A stretch of 64,000 nucleotides of DNA from Dehalococcoidia bacterium (GTDB taxonomy: Bacteria; Chloroflexota; Dehalococcoidia; Plut-88900). Below, one piece after another: positions 20,140 through 28,829 of this stretch (position 1 is the stretch's first letter; each line of letters begins with the position of its first letter). The DNA is taken from assembly GCA_965249275.1 (NCBI GenBank), contig CBDFLQ010000007.1:768001-832000 (forward strand). Reading direction: 5' to 3'. The notes under the pieces are model-generated. The model worked only from the letters and a program-made list of their open reading frames with translations. It was not told the DNA's origin and did no database searches. The translations under genes were made by a program, and so were the position numbers.

Positions 20140-21332
20140 CGGGTCTCCTCATCCTTTACGTAGCCATCCTCATCTATGAAACCGCGCACTGCGGCCTCCA
20201 TGACGGGGTTCAGATATCCGGGTTTGTCCACAATGTATTCGGGGTAGATTGCCAGCCTCTCCTTCAACTCGTAGCCGAGAGACTCGGTGTTTTCCTTAAG
20301 CTCCGTGATCATGGGCCAGGCCTTCTCAGGGTTGATGAAGTCTTTGGTGACGGGGGATACGCCTCCCCAGTCGTTGATCCCGGAAGCCAGGTAGAACTGG
20401 TATGCGTCGGCGGTCAGGTTGGGTGGGGCCTGGATGTTCATTTCGGGGCCCAGGATTAGCCGAGCCAAGGCAATGGTGACGGCCATGTCCACCGCCGAAG
20501 GCTCTCCGTGGGCCCTCATGCGGGTGTCGGGCTTGGCGCGGAAGTTCTGGATTATCACTTCCTGAATGTGGCCGTACTCTTCCTGAAGCTCTTTGATGGC
20601 AAAAAGGGTGTCGACCCGTTCGTCCAAGGTCTCTCCGATGCCGATGAGCATGCCGGTGGTGAACGGGACCAGCATCTCGCCGGCGTAGCGCATTGTCTGG
20701 ATTCGTATTGCCGGGTCCTTGCCCACACTGCCGAAGTGGGCCTGTCCCCTCTCCAAGAGGCGCGGGCTGGAATTCTCCAGCATCAGGCCCATGCTAACCG
20801 TGACCTCGCGAAGCTGGGCCATCTCCTCACGCTCCAGCACCCCGGAGTTGCTGTGGGGAAGGAGGCCCGTCTCCTCGAATACCATGCGGCACATATCGAC
20901 AAGGTAGTCGGTCATGGAGGGGTACCCGAGCTCCTGAAGGTGCGTCCGAGCCATCCTGTGCACGTCTTCCGGCTTCTCACCGAGGCTGAAGAGGGCTTCT
21001 TTGCATCCCGCTTTCCGACCAGCCTTGGCCACGGCGAGCACCTCGCCGGGTGTCATGGTCTTGGCGTCGGGGTGCTTGGGGCCCTTGACGAAGGTGCAGT
21101 AGCCGCAGCGGTCTCGACACAGGTTGGTCAGGGGGATGAAAACCTTGCGGGAGTAGGCAACGCGCCGCCCCTTGGCACTTTCGGTGGTCCGGGCGGCGCA
21201 TGCGAGAAGAGCGGGAATCTCTGCGCCCTCGGCTCGGACCAGCCGGTATGCCTCTTCTCTCGATAGCGGCTTGCCGTCCAGGACTTGCTGCAGGCAACGC
21301 TCGATTTGGATATCGGTGGAAACGTAGACCAC
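20133..21332 (-). CDS. cofG: FO synthase subunit CofG (radical SAM)
   Basis: YSRKVFIPLTNLCRDRCGYCTF, QEVIIQNFRAKP, IQAPPNL, GINDWGGVSPVT. Confidence 0.95.
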   Translation of the reverse strand: MVYVSTDIQIERCLQQVLDGKPLSREEAYRLVRAEGAEIPALLACAARTTESAKGRRVAYSRKVFIPLTNLCRDRCGYCTFVKGPKHPDAKTMTPGEVLAVAKAGRKAGCKEALFSLGEKPEDVHRMARTHLQELGYPSMTDYLVDMCRMVFEETGLLPHSNSGVLEREEMAQLREVTVSMGLMLENSSPRLLERGQAHFGSVGKDPAIRIQTMRYAGEMLVPFTTGMLIGIGETLDERVDTLFAIKELQEEYGHIQEVIIQNFRAKPDTRMRAHGEPSAVDMAVTIALARLILGPEMNIQAPPNLTADAYQFYLASGINDWGGVSPVTKDFINPEKAWPMITELKENTESLGYELKERLAIYPEYIVDKPGYLNPVMEAAVRGFIDEDGYVKDEETRW

Positions 21333-21389
21333 GTGTGTCTCCGAGAGCGGCAGTTACCGTAGAGTCGTCAAAGTCGAGCGAGGAGTCAA

Positions 21390-21640
21390 AATAAGCCTGT
21401 CCAACAAGCTATCACGCGGAATGGCCGCGAGTCTATCCACACGCCTATTGAATGTCAAATCCACATGCCCTTCAGTTCCATATGGGTTAGCTAACATATG
21501 ACAATGAACCGAGACGTGGACAATCAATGGAAAACAGCTTTGTGTTTGATTGATTGCGGGGTGTAGGCACGATTTTTGATTGTTTGTTAATGGCGGGACT
21601 AACTCCAATTCTCGCGCCGCGAGCCATCCACGGTCGGTAG
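21390..21640. other. Candidate replication origin (degenerate DnaA boxes plus AT-rich tract)
   Basis: CTATCCACA 21433-41, AAATCCACA 21457-65, TTGTCCACG on minus strand 21515-23, CCATCCACG ~21624-32; T-rich stretch ~21538-21592; non-coding; near mnmE. Confidence 0.4.
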
Positions 21641-21855
21641 AGAAAAGGGGACATTGGGGCACTTGAAGTTTGAGTTACTCAAAAATTGCTCGCAGGCAGA
21701 GATTAGCGAAAAGAGGGGGTGAGGGGAAGGGGGTGATGTCACACCGTGGGAGCGACCTTCTAGAGAATTGGGTCTAGGAAAACGTGCAATCAGATTTGCT
21801 TGCCGCTTAATCCAGGAATCAGGAAATAGTATGAGGGCAAATTAAGAGGGTTAAG

Positions 21856-21884
21856 TTGACATTCCTGCCCATGATCGTTACATT
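21856..21884 (+). promoter_or_regulatory. Sigma70-type promoter for the RNA-NYN1 unit
   Basis: TTGACA-17 bp-TACATT. Confidence 0.75.
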
Positions 21885-21889
21885 TGCAG

Positions 21890-21983
21890 TATTAGAATCC
21901 ATTGGGTTACCTCCCGGTATACGGGACAAATAGGCACCCAATCATTAAAACCCCAGGGACGCCTTCGGCGTCCCTGAATTTTT
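21890..21983 (+). ncRNA. Putative structured small RNA plus terminator upstream of NYN1
   Basis: ATTGGGT(21901-07)/ACCCAAT(21936-42) enclosing TCCCG-GTATA-CGGGA; then CAGGGACGC-CTTCG-GCGTCCCTG(21954-76)-AATTTTT. Confidence 0.65.
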
Positions 21984-21999
21984 AGGAAACAATCTGACA

Positions 22000-22629
22000 A
22001 TGTCCATCGCCGCGAGAGAGCAGAATCGGATTCGCGTGATCGTGTTTGTCGACTTCTGGAACTTTCAGTTAATGGTCAACGACTTAGAGCGTGGTTTCCC
22101 GGTCGACTGGAAGAAGTTGGGACCCCTAATCGCACGGACTGCCCTGGAGGTCGTAGACGCTGACTCGCAGTTATCCTATCAAGGTATGAACGTATACGCT
22201 TCCTTTGATCCATTCGGTAAAAAGGACGAGGCCTTTCGCAGATGGGCTACGAATAGCCTGGACAAATTTTCCGGTGTACAGGTGACCATGATTCCACGGC
22301 AACGAAAGCGAAAGGGGTCCGTTTGCCCAGCATGTCATGAAGAGTTGTCGACATGTTACAAATGCGGTTCGGACATGAGAGGCACGGAAGAAAAGGGAGT
22401 CGATACACGCATTGTGACCGACATGATTAAGTTGGCTTGGGTTGACAACTATGATGTCGCCGTATTGCTTTCCTCGGACAAAGACTTCGTACCTGTCGTC
22501 GAATTTCTCGGTACACGAGGTATTAAGACCATACATGCAGCCTTTCCGCCTCAGGGTTCAATGCTGACGCAGCATTGCTGGGGCAACATCAGCATACCTA
22601 ACACAATGGAACAATTTAGACGCGCTTAG
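22000..22629 (+). CDS. NYN-domain (LabA/DUF88, PIN-like) RNase with zinc-ribbon insertion (NYN1)
   Basis: FVDFWN, CPAC-x6-CYKC, EEKGVD, SSDKDF; lower GC than flanks. Confidence 0.9.
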   Translation: MSIAAREQNRIRVIVFVDFWNFQLMVNDLERGFPVDWKKLGPLIARTALEVVDADSQLSYQGMNVYASFDPFGKKDEAFRRWATNSLDKFSGVQVTMIPRQRKRKGSVCPACHEELSTCYKCGSDMRGTEEKGVDTRIVTDMIKLAWVDNYDVAVLLSSDKDFVPVVEFLGTRGIKTIHAAFPPQGSMLTQHCWGNISIPNTMEQFRRA

Positions 22630-22682
22630 CCTCACGTTCGAGACTCACTTGCTCCTCCACCCGCAAGAAAATTGGTGAAGGT

Positions 22683-24020
22683 TTATTTGCCAATGCAGAA
22701 GCGGGAGAAGATGGTGTGGAGGAGGTCTTCGGTCACGGTCTCGCCGGTGATTTCTCCGAGGGCGGTCAGGGCGGCGGTGAGGTCTATGGTGACGAAGTCG
22801 TCGGGCAGGCCTTTAGTTAGGGCATTTTCCGCAGAGGCAAGGTGAGTTGCAGCAGATTCCAGGGCCGACTTGTGCCGAGCATTGGACACCAGTACCTCAC
22901 CCGACCCCAAACTCTTGCCGTTGAGCGCCACCTCAACCATCCTCTCCCTCAGCTCATCCAGGCCCTCCCCCGTGATCATGGAGGCCCGTACGGCGCCCGA
23001 TGGAACAACAGAGGGGTCGGCAATGTCCGGGAGGTCTGACTTGTTGGCGACCGTCACTGCTCCTTTGCCCGGGAGCCGACCAATCAGATTGAGGTCCTGG
23101 TCGGTGAGAGGTTGACTGGAGTCAAGGACGAGCAGGACAAGGTCGGCTTGGGCGAGAGCCTTGCGGCTGCGCTCTATGCCGAGATGCTCAACGGGGTCAG
23201 AGGTGTCGGTCAGTCCGGCGGTGTCCACCAGCACAAATGGGATGCCGTCGATATTGGTCACCTCTTCGACCGTGTCCCGGGTTGTACCGGCGATGGGTGT
23301 CACAATGGCCCTCTCTTGGTCGAGTAGGCGGTTGAGGAGGCTCGACTTGCCGACGTTGGGACGCCCCACTATCGCGACCCGGACGCCGTGGCGATAGACA
23401 ATACCCGTATCGGCGGCGCTAAGGAGTTGGCGGACAGCGGAAGCCGCGTCACGGATTGCAGGGAGGGGATCTTCGAGTGGGACATCGTCGTCCGGGAAGT
23501 CGATTCGCGCGGTTAGGTAGGCCAGGACTTCCAAAATGGCGGTGCGGGCTTCCTTGATACGCTGGGAGAGTCCGCCCTGAAGCCCGTTCATAGCAACTCT
23601 CAAGCTAGCGTCGGTCTTGGCTTCTATGACATCCAGGACGGCTTCGGCCTGGGTGAGATCTATGCGTCCGTTGAGGAAGGCGCGCAGGGTGAACTCGCCG
23701 GGACCCGCGGCACGGGCCCCGCAACGGAGAAGGGCTTCGAGAACGGCCTGCAGGGGTACGAGGCCGCCGTGCCCGTATATCTCGACGGTGTCCTCGCAGG
23801 TGTAGCTGTTGGGGGCCAGCATGCAGGTAGCCATCACCTCATCGAGGATCGACCCGTCGTCAGGGTCGACTATCCGGCCACGGCTCATATAGCGGTGGGA
23901 TAGTCGGCCGCTAAACACCTTCCCGGCAAGGGCAAGGGAATCGGGGCCGGAGAGCCGCACAACACCGATGGCCCCCTCACCTATGGGTGTGGCAATTGCG
24001 GCTATGGTATCGTCGTACAC
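22683..24020 (-). CDS. mnmE: tRNA modification GTPase MnmE/TrmE
   Basis: DTIAAIATP, GRPNVGKSS, GTTRD, DTAG, NKSD, C-terminal FSRFCIGK; GTG start after GGGAGG. Confidence 0.97.
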   Translation of the reverse strand: MYDDTIAAIATPIGEGAIGVVRLSGPDSLALAGKVFSGRLSHRYMSRGRIVDPDDGSILDEVMATCMLAPNSYTCEDTVEIYGHGGLVPLQAVLEALLRCGARAAGPGEFTLRAFLNGRIDLTQAEAVLDVIEAKTDASLRVAMNGLQGGLSQRIKEARTAILEVLAYLTARIDFPDDDVPLEDPLPAIRDAASAVRQLLSAADTGIVYRHGVRVAIVGRPNVGKSSLLNRLLDQERAIVTPIAGTTRDTVEEVTNIDGIPFVLVDTAGLTDTSDPVEHLGIERSRKALAQADLVLLVLDSSQPLTDQDLNLIGRLPGKGAVTVANKSDLPDIADPSVVPSGAVRASMITGEGLDELRERMVEVALNGKSLGSGEVLVSNARHKSALESAATHLASAENALTKGLPDDFVTIDLTAALTALGEITGETVTEDLLHTIFSRFCIGK

Positions 24021-24118
24021 AGCGTCGGGCCTCCCTCGCAGCAATTATATGCCAAGGGAGAAAACTCCAATGATGCAGGGGTGTCGGCTATACTGGGCCG
24101 GACTTCGGGAGGTCAAGA

Positions 24119-24802
24119 TTGCACAGACTCATCTTGTTCGACGTAGACCAGACTCTCATTAGTACCAGGGGCGGTGACCGAAAGGCACTCAACGATACAT
24201 TCCAGGAGCTGCATGGCATTGACGACGCCTTCGAAGGAATGAGTTTCGGGGGGCGGATGGACCTATCAATAATGGGCCAGGTCTATTCGCATTGGGGAGT
24301 CGCCGAAGTGGATCGGAGTCTCGGCGATTTCAAGGCACGGTATTTCGAGCTTCTGGAGCTGGTGCTGAAGGACTGGGAAATGGGTATCGTGTACCCGGGT
24401 ATACCTGAGTTGCTTAGAGCCCTGGACTCGAGAGCTGGGGTGCAGATAGGTCTGGCTACCGGGAACTTCCGGGAGTCGGCATTCATCAAGCTGCGGAAAT
24501 ATGGGCTTTACACCTTCTTTAAGGAAGGCGGCTTTGGGGGAGACCATCCGAACCGCCCCGAGGTCGTAGCCGACGCCATAGTCAAATGTCAGACACTCTC
24601 AGGGAAAGTCTACGAACGTGAGGATATTTTCGTCATCGGAGACTCGATTTCCGACGTGGAGGCGGGTCGGGCCAACGGCATAAACTCGGTAGCGGTGGCG
24701 ACGGGTCACTACGACACCACGAAGTTGAAGTCATTAGGCCCGACCTTCGTCTTCGAAGACCTGTCGGATACGGAGAAGGTGTTGGGCGCGTTGCTAGGCT
24801 AG
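24119..24802 (+). CDS. HAD-superfamily phosphatase
   Basis: LFDVDQTL, ATGN, VIGDSISDV. Confidence 0.9.
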   Translation: MHRLILFDVDQTLISTRGGDRKALNDTFQELHGIDDAFEGMSFGGRMDLSIMGQVYSHWGVAEVDRSLGDFKARYFELLELVLKDWEMGIVYPGIPELLRALDSRAGVQIGLATGNFRESAFIKLRKYGLYTFFKEGGFGGDHPNRPEVVADAIVKCQTLSGKVYEREDIFVIGDSISDVEAGRANGINSVAVATGHYDTTKLKSLGPTFVFEDLSDTEKVLGALLG

Positions 24803-24813
24803 GTGAGTGCGGA

Positions 24814-25527
24814 ATGTCCAGCTTTCAAAGACTTGTCCTCTTCGACGTAGATCTAACCCTGATCACCTCCACCGCGTGCAACCTACTCGCACTGAATAGC
24901 GCCTTTGAGCAAGTCCACGGAATACCCGATGCCTTTAATGACGTGCTGTTTGGCGGCGGACTGGACTTGCGGCTTATAACTGAGATGTATAGGAAATGGG
25001 GGCTGACAAAGGGCAACCTAGATGAACTCCCAGACCTATCGGAATTCAAGGCTGTCTACTTCGATCACCTTGAAAGGGGATTAGAGACCTGGACGGACGG
25101 CTACATATGTCCGGGGGCGAGGGAGGTACTGGAGGCGCTGGCACGGGAGCCGGGGGTGCAGCTGGGTTTGGAGACGGGCAATTTCAGGGAGGCCGCCTTC
25201 ATCAAGCTGCGTAGATTTGGGCTGGACAATTTTTTCGAAGTGGGAGGATTCGGGGGAGACTGGATGACCCGTACGGAAGTGGTGGCCGACGCTATAGCCA
25301 AGTGCCAGGCTATCTCGGGTAGGGTCTACGACCCAGGAGAAATATTTCTTATCGGCGACTCACCTTCGGACGTGGAGGCGGGGAAGGCAAACGAGATCAA
25401 CACAGTGGCGGTGGCGACGGGTCGTTGTGACACGGAGACACTACGGGCGCTGGGGCCGACGTTCGTCTTCGAAGACCTGTCGGATACGAAGAAGGTGTTG
25501 GACGCGCTCCTGGGAAGGGCGGGCTAG
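24814..25527 (+). CDS. HAD-superfamily phosphatase (tandem paralog)
   Basis: LFDVDLTL, ETGN, LIGDSPSDV. Confidence 0.9.
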   Translation: MSSFQRLVLFDVDLTLITSTACNLLALNSAFEQVHGIPDAFNDVLFGGGLDLRLITEMYRKWGLTKGNLDELPDLSEFKAVYFDHLERGLETWTDGYICPGAREVLEALAREPGVQLGLETGNFREAAFIKLRRFGLDNFFEVGGFGGDWMTRTEVVADAIAKCQAISGRVYDPGEIFLIGDSPSDVEAGKANEINTVAVATGRCDTETLRALGPTFVFEDLSDTKKVLDALLGRAG

Positions 25528-26990
25528 CCCGAGCTAAGCGATCTCTGGAACATGTGGTACTGCACGAACTTGGCCAGGGACCGGCAGGCCCTGCGCAGCG
25601 ATGTGTAGGCAAGGAGGCCCGCTTCGGAGAACTCCTGCTGGAGCTTCTGATAGTCCATCTTGATGCGGGGGTCCCGGATGCGGACCGGCAGCAGGATGAC
25701 GACAGGCTTGCCGTTGGAATGGTCCCTGGCGATCTCTGCAAAGTCCGCGGCAACGGCCTTTTCGGGCTCGGACGTAACGTCGGTGTATTCGTTGAGGCTA
25801 GGGATCATTAGCAGCATGTCGATGGACGGGTCTGCAGTGACGAGGCGCGCGGCCTGTTGCTGCTTGTCCCGGACATTGGCCATGAAGGAGAGGTCGACCG
25901 GGTTTCGGACGCTGTTTCCAGCGTCGGGGATGAACTCCCGGAGACGGGCGCTGGTCTCGGAGGACAGCTCAGCCATGTCCAGGCCTTCTTCAGAGCAGAT
26001 GTCCGAGGCAGCGACACTGTTGCCCCCACCGCTGCCGATCATGGCGAGTCGGTTGCTTCGAGGAGCTGGTAGCAGGTTGAAGGCCTGCATGACGTCTACG
26101 ACTTCTTCGACTGAACCGGCGCGGACGGCGCCCGTTTGTCGGAAGAAGGCATCCCATATCGCGCCCTGGCCGGCTAGGGAGCCGGTGTGGGAGGCAGCAG
26201 CTCGTGAGCCTGATTCGCTGAGGCCGCCCTTCCAGATGATTACGGGTTTACGTGGGTTTATCTCCTGCACCAGCTTCAAGAGCTTCGGGCCGTTCTTGAC
26301 ACCCTCAATGTACATGCCGATGGTATTGGTGCTCTCGTCCTGGCCCAGGAACTCAAGGTAGTCCGCGCTTTCGAGGACCAGTGCATTGCCAAAGCTGATT
26401 ACCTTGCTGACTCCTATCCCAACATCCGCGGCTCGGAATATGAAGTCCATGGCATGCCCGCCGCTCTGGGCGACAAAGGCGGCGCTACCGGACCTGTTGG
26501 TAATGTCGCCGATGGTGGAGAACTGGGCCGCCGGAGAGTGTACGCCGAGGCAGTTGGGCCCAACGACGCGGATGTGATTTCGGGTGGCTACCTCCCTGAC
26601 GACCTTTTCCATCTCGACGCCTTCGGCCGTGGAGGTCTCCGAGAAGCCGGAGGTGAAGACGTGGACATTGAGCGCGCCAACAGAGGCGCAGTCTTCCAGC
26701 ACCGTTGCCAGGAACCGGGCAGGTACGGAGACGGTCACCATTTCGGGGACCTCAGGGAGGGCGGAAACAGAGGGGTAAGACTTGAGGCCGAGAATTTCGT
26801 CGGCTTTGGGATTGACGGGATAAATCTTGCCGGGATAGCCGAGCTTGAGGAGATAGGGGATGAACTGGCCCGAGGGGTTACTCCAGCCGGGACCTTTCGC
26901 CGAGGTGATTCGGGAGGCGCCCACTAAAGCTACGGATTTGGGATTGAACGCCTTGGCGAAGTCGGGGCCGAGGGGGGTTATGGATTGAAT
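25524..26990 (-). CDS. Acyl-CoA synthetase (NDP-forming) alpha subunit / CoA-binding protein
   Basis: AFNPKSVALVGAS, GPNCLG, QSGG, AAASHTGSLAG (phospho-His), RNPVD; family-like N-terminus extends upstream of the track start to a probable ATT start. Confidence 0.88.
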   Translation of the reverse strand: MQSITPLGPDFAKAFNPKSVALVGASRITSAKGPGWSNPSGQFIPYLLKLGYPGKIYPVNPKADEILGLKSYPSVSALPEVPEMVTVSVPARFLATVLEDCASVGALNVHVFTSGFSETSTAEGVEMEKVVREVATRNHIRVVGPNCLGVHSPAAQFSTIGDITNRSGSAAFVAQSGGHAMDFIFRAADVGIGVSKVISFGNALVLESADYLEFLGQDESTNTIGMYIEGVKNGPKLLKLVQEINPRKPVIIWKGGLSESGSRAAASHTGSLAGQGAIWDAFFRQTGAVRAGSVEEVVDVMQAFNLLPAPRSNRLAMIGSGGGNSVAASDICSEEGLDMAELSSETSARLREFIPDAGNSVRNPVDLSFMANVRDKQQQAARLVTADPSIDMLLMIPSLNEYTDVTSEPEKAVAADFAEIARDHSNGKPVVILLPVRIRDPRIKMDYQKLQQEFSEAGLLAYTSLRRACRSLAKFVQYHMFQRSLSSG

Positions 26991-27104
26991 GAGTCTTTGT
27001 CCTTATAAAGGTTGCGGTATCGGCTGAGAGGCCCAGGGCTAAAGCTCCGGAACGCCGGTATTATAGCCGTCTGTGGGAGGAGCCTCAAGATGGGGCTGGG
27101 AGCA

Positions 27105-27734
27105 TCACCAATTCGCCGGTTTCGTGATGACGCCAACAGGGTCGGTTAGACTGTCAGGAAACTGGCTGATCCTCAGATGGCTCTTCCAGAGACGCTTGAC
27201 GTAGGTCGCTGCTTTGGCCAGGTCCATGGGGCTGGTGTTCCTGGCATCCGGGTTCACGAGGGTGACTCGAAGGTCCAGGTCGTCCCTGACGGACCTCATC
27301 GCACCGGCGAAATCAGCGTCATTGGAGACGACGACCGCCTGCTCATATTCCCCTTTGAAGCCATCGATCAAGAGTCGAGTCGCCAGATTTACGTCCGATC
27401 CCTTCTCTTCCGAGTCCTTAACCAAAACATGAGCGGGCAGGCCCGGTACGGGCTCGGCAAGAGGACGACGCTTTACTCCAGAGCGGAAGACGCCGTAGTA
27501 GAACTCAAAGTCCGGGAGGGTTGCCAGTGCTCTCAGGTACGCCTGCTGTCTTTGGGGTTGGGCAAGATTGCTGGGACGTGCATCTAATCGGGCGGTGAAG
27601 TAGCAAATCTTGTGGATGGTGTCCAGGGGAAAGAGGGTCTCGGCCATCTTCCGTAGGTCTAGCCATCTGAATGGGGTGTCTTTAAGGGCTCGGTAGTAGA
27701 GATTGAAGCCATCAATGTACAGATTGGTTATCAA
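27105..27734 (-). CDS. NYN-domain (PIN-like) RNase (NYN2)
   Basis: TNLYIDGFNLYY, YFTA, EEKGSDVNLA, VVSNDADF; TTG start after AGGA. Confidence 0.9.
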   Translation of the reverse strand: MITNLYIDGFNLYYRALKDTPFRWLDLRKMAETLFPLDTIHKICYFTARLDARPSNLAQPQRQQAYLRALATLPDFEFYYGVFRSGVKRRPLAEPVPGLPAHVLVKDSEEKGSDVNLATRLLIDGFKGEYEQAVVVSNDADFAGAMRSVRDDLDLRVTLVNPDARNTSPMDLAKAATYVKRLWKSHLRISQFPDSLTDPVGVITKPANW

Positions 27735-27756
27735 TCTCCGGTTCCTAATTCTCAAT

Positions 27757-27820
27757 CAAAGACAGAGACCGCCCTTTGAGGCGGTCTCGACCCTACCGCC
27801 GAGGCGATAGGGGTGGTAAA
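27757..27820 (-). ncRNA. Putative small RNA plus terminator upstream of NYN2 (copy 1)
   Basis: Minus strand: CCCTATCGC-CTCG-GCGGTAGGG hairpin, then GAGACCGCC-TCAAAG-GGCGGTCTC-TGTCTTT. Confidence 0.65.
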
Positions 27821-27823
27821 GGC

Positions 27824-27852
27824 AGAATAACTACCAGACACGCATCTGTCAA
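27824..27852 (-). promoter_or_regulatory. Sigma70-type promoter for the RNA-NYN2 unit
   Basis: Minus strand TTGACA-17 bp-TATTCT; copy 2 keeps TATTCT with -35 GCGACA. Confidence 0.75.
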
Positions 27853-28224
27853 TGCACTGTGCCAGTTCATCCGCGCACACAACGAAAAGGGTGTTTCGTC
27901 GGTATTCCCGCGACGATGGATACAAAGACAGAGACCGCCCTTTGAGGCGGTCTCGACTCTACCGTCGAATCGATAGGGGTGGTAAGGACAGAATAACTAG
28001 CAGACACGAATTTGTCGCTGCTTTTACCACTTCATCTGCGCACACAACGGAAAGGGAGTTTCGTTGGTATTCCACGTGACGATAGGCTGGGTTGGGGCAC
28101 TGGTAGCTTCCTGAACGCTAAGGTATACTCGCGGGCGCATGGCCCCGCCGCCACACTATCCTGAGCGAGGGCCAAGGAGACCTCTATATTAGACGACAGT
28201 TACAGAAACCATCTTAGGCCGAGA

Positions 28225-28737
28225 GTGGCCATTTTCATCGACGGAAGCAATCTTTATCATGCCATGGAAGAGTCCTGCAGACGAACGGACCTGAACTTCC
28301 CGAGGTTCGTGCAGAAATTGCTGCGGGGACGCCATCTGCTGAGGACCTATTACTACAATGTCCTCCAGGACAGCAGACGCAAGCCGCAGGGATTCGGGCA
28401 GCAGCAGAAGTTCCTCTCGGTGCTCCACAACACACCTTACCTGGAAGTGAAACTGGGCCGCTCCGCGATCAGGAAAGGCGTGGCGGTGGAAAAGGGCGTG
28501 GATATAATGCTGGCCACAGACATGCTCCAGTTAGCATGGAAAGACCTGTATGACACCGCAGTCCTGGTGAGCGGGGACGCCGACTTCGCCTACGCGGTAA
28601 AGACAGTCAAGGACATGGGCAAGTTCGTGGAAGTGGCCTGCTTCGAAGTCAATCAATCGAAAGATCTGGTAGAAATATCAGATTCTATAATTGAGCTTTC
28701 ACCGGAATTCTTCGAAGGGGTCTGGGCTAACAACTAA
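28225..28737 (+). CDS. NYN-domain LabA/DUF88 protein (NYN3); start may be ATA at 28186
   Basis: VAIFIDGSN, EKGVD, VSGDADF; AAGGAG at 28174-79; TATACT at ~28124. Confidence 0.9.
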   Translation: MAIFIDGSNLYHAMEESCRRTDLNFPRFVQKLLRGRHLLRTYYYNVLQDSRRKPQGFGQQQKFLSVLHNTPYLEVKLGRSAIRKGVAVEKGVDIMLATDMLQLAWKDLYDTAVLVSGDADFAYAVKTVKDMGKFVEVACFEVNQSKDLVEISDSIIELSPEFFEGVWANN

Positions 28738-28829
28738 AGTCCTGAACCCGGTTTTCTTCATACTCATGCGGAGAACGACACTGTTGCAAACCCGGCCCCC
28801 GGGCCACCCCGACATTGGGAGAGTCCCCA

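Larger units (their letters stand above)
27757..28083 (-). repeat. Two ~166-bp tandem repeats, each carrying promoter + hairpin RNA + terminator
   Basis: Copy 1 27757-27922, copy 2 27923-28083; CAAAGACAGAGACCGCCCTTTGAGGCGGTCTCGA identical in both, remainder similar with 2 indels. Confidence 0.95.

Noticed and set aside
21354-21662. 102-aa minus-strand ORF upstream of cofG
   Set aside because: No RBS or recognisable motifs, atypical composition, and it overlaps the DnaA-box-like region.
27757-28083. CRISPR array
   Set aside because: Only two units; similarity spans the whole 166-bp period, so there are no unique spacers; no cas genes.
28068-28083. parS site (TATTCCACGTGACGAT)
   Set aside because: Only a half match to TGTTNCACGTGAAACA, and not conserved in the other repeat copy.
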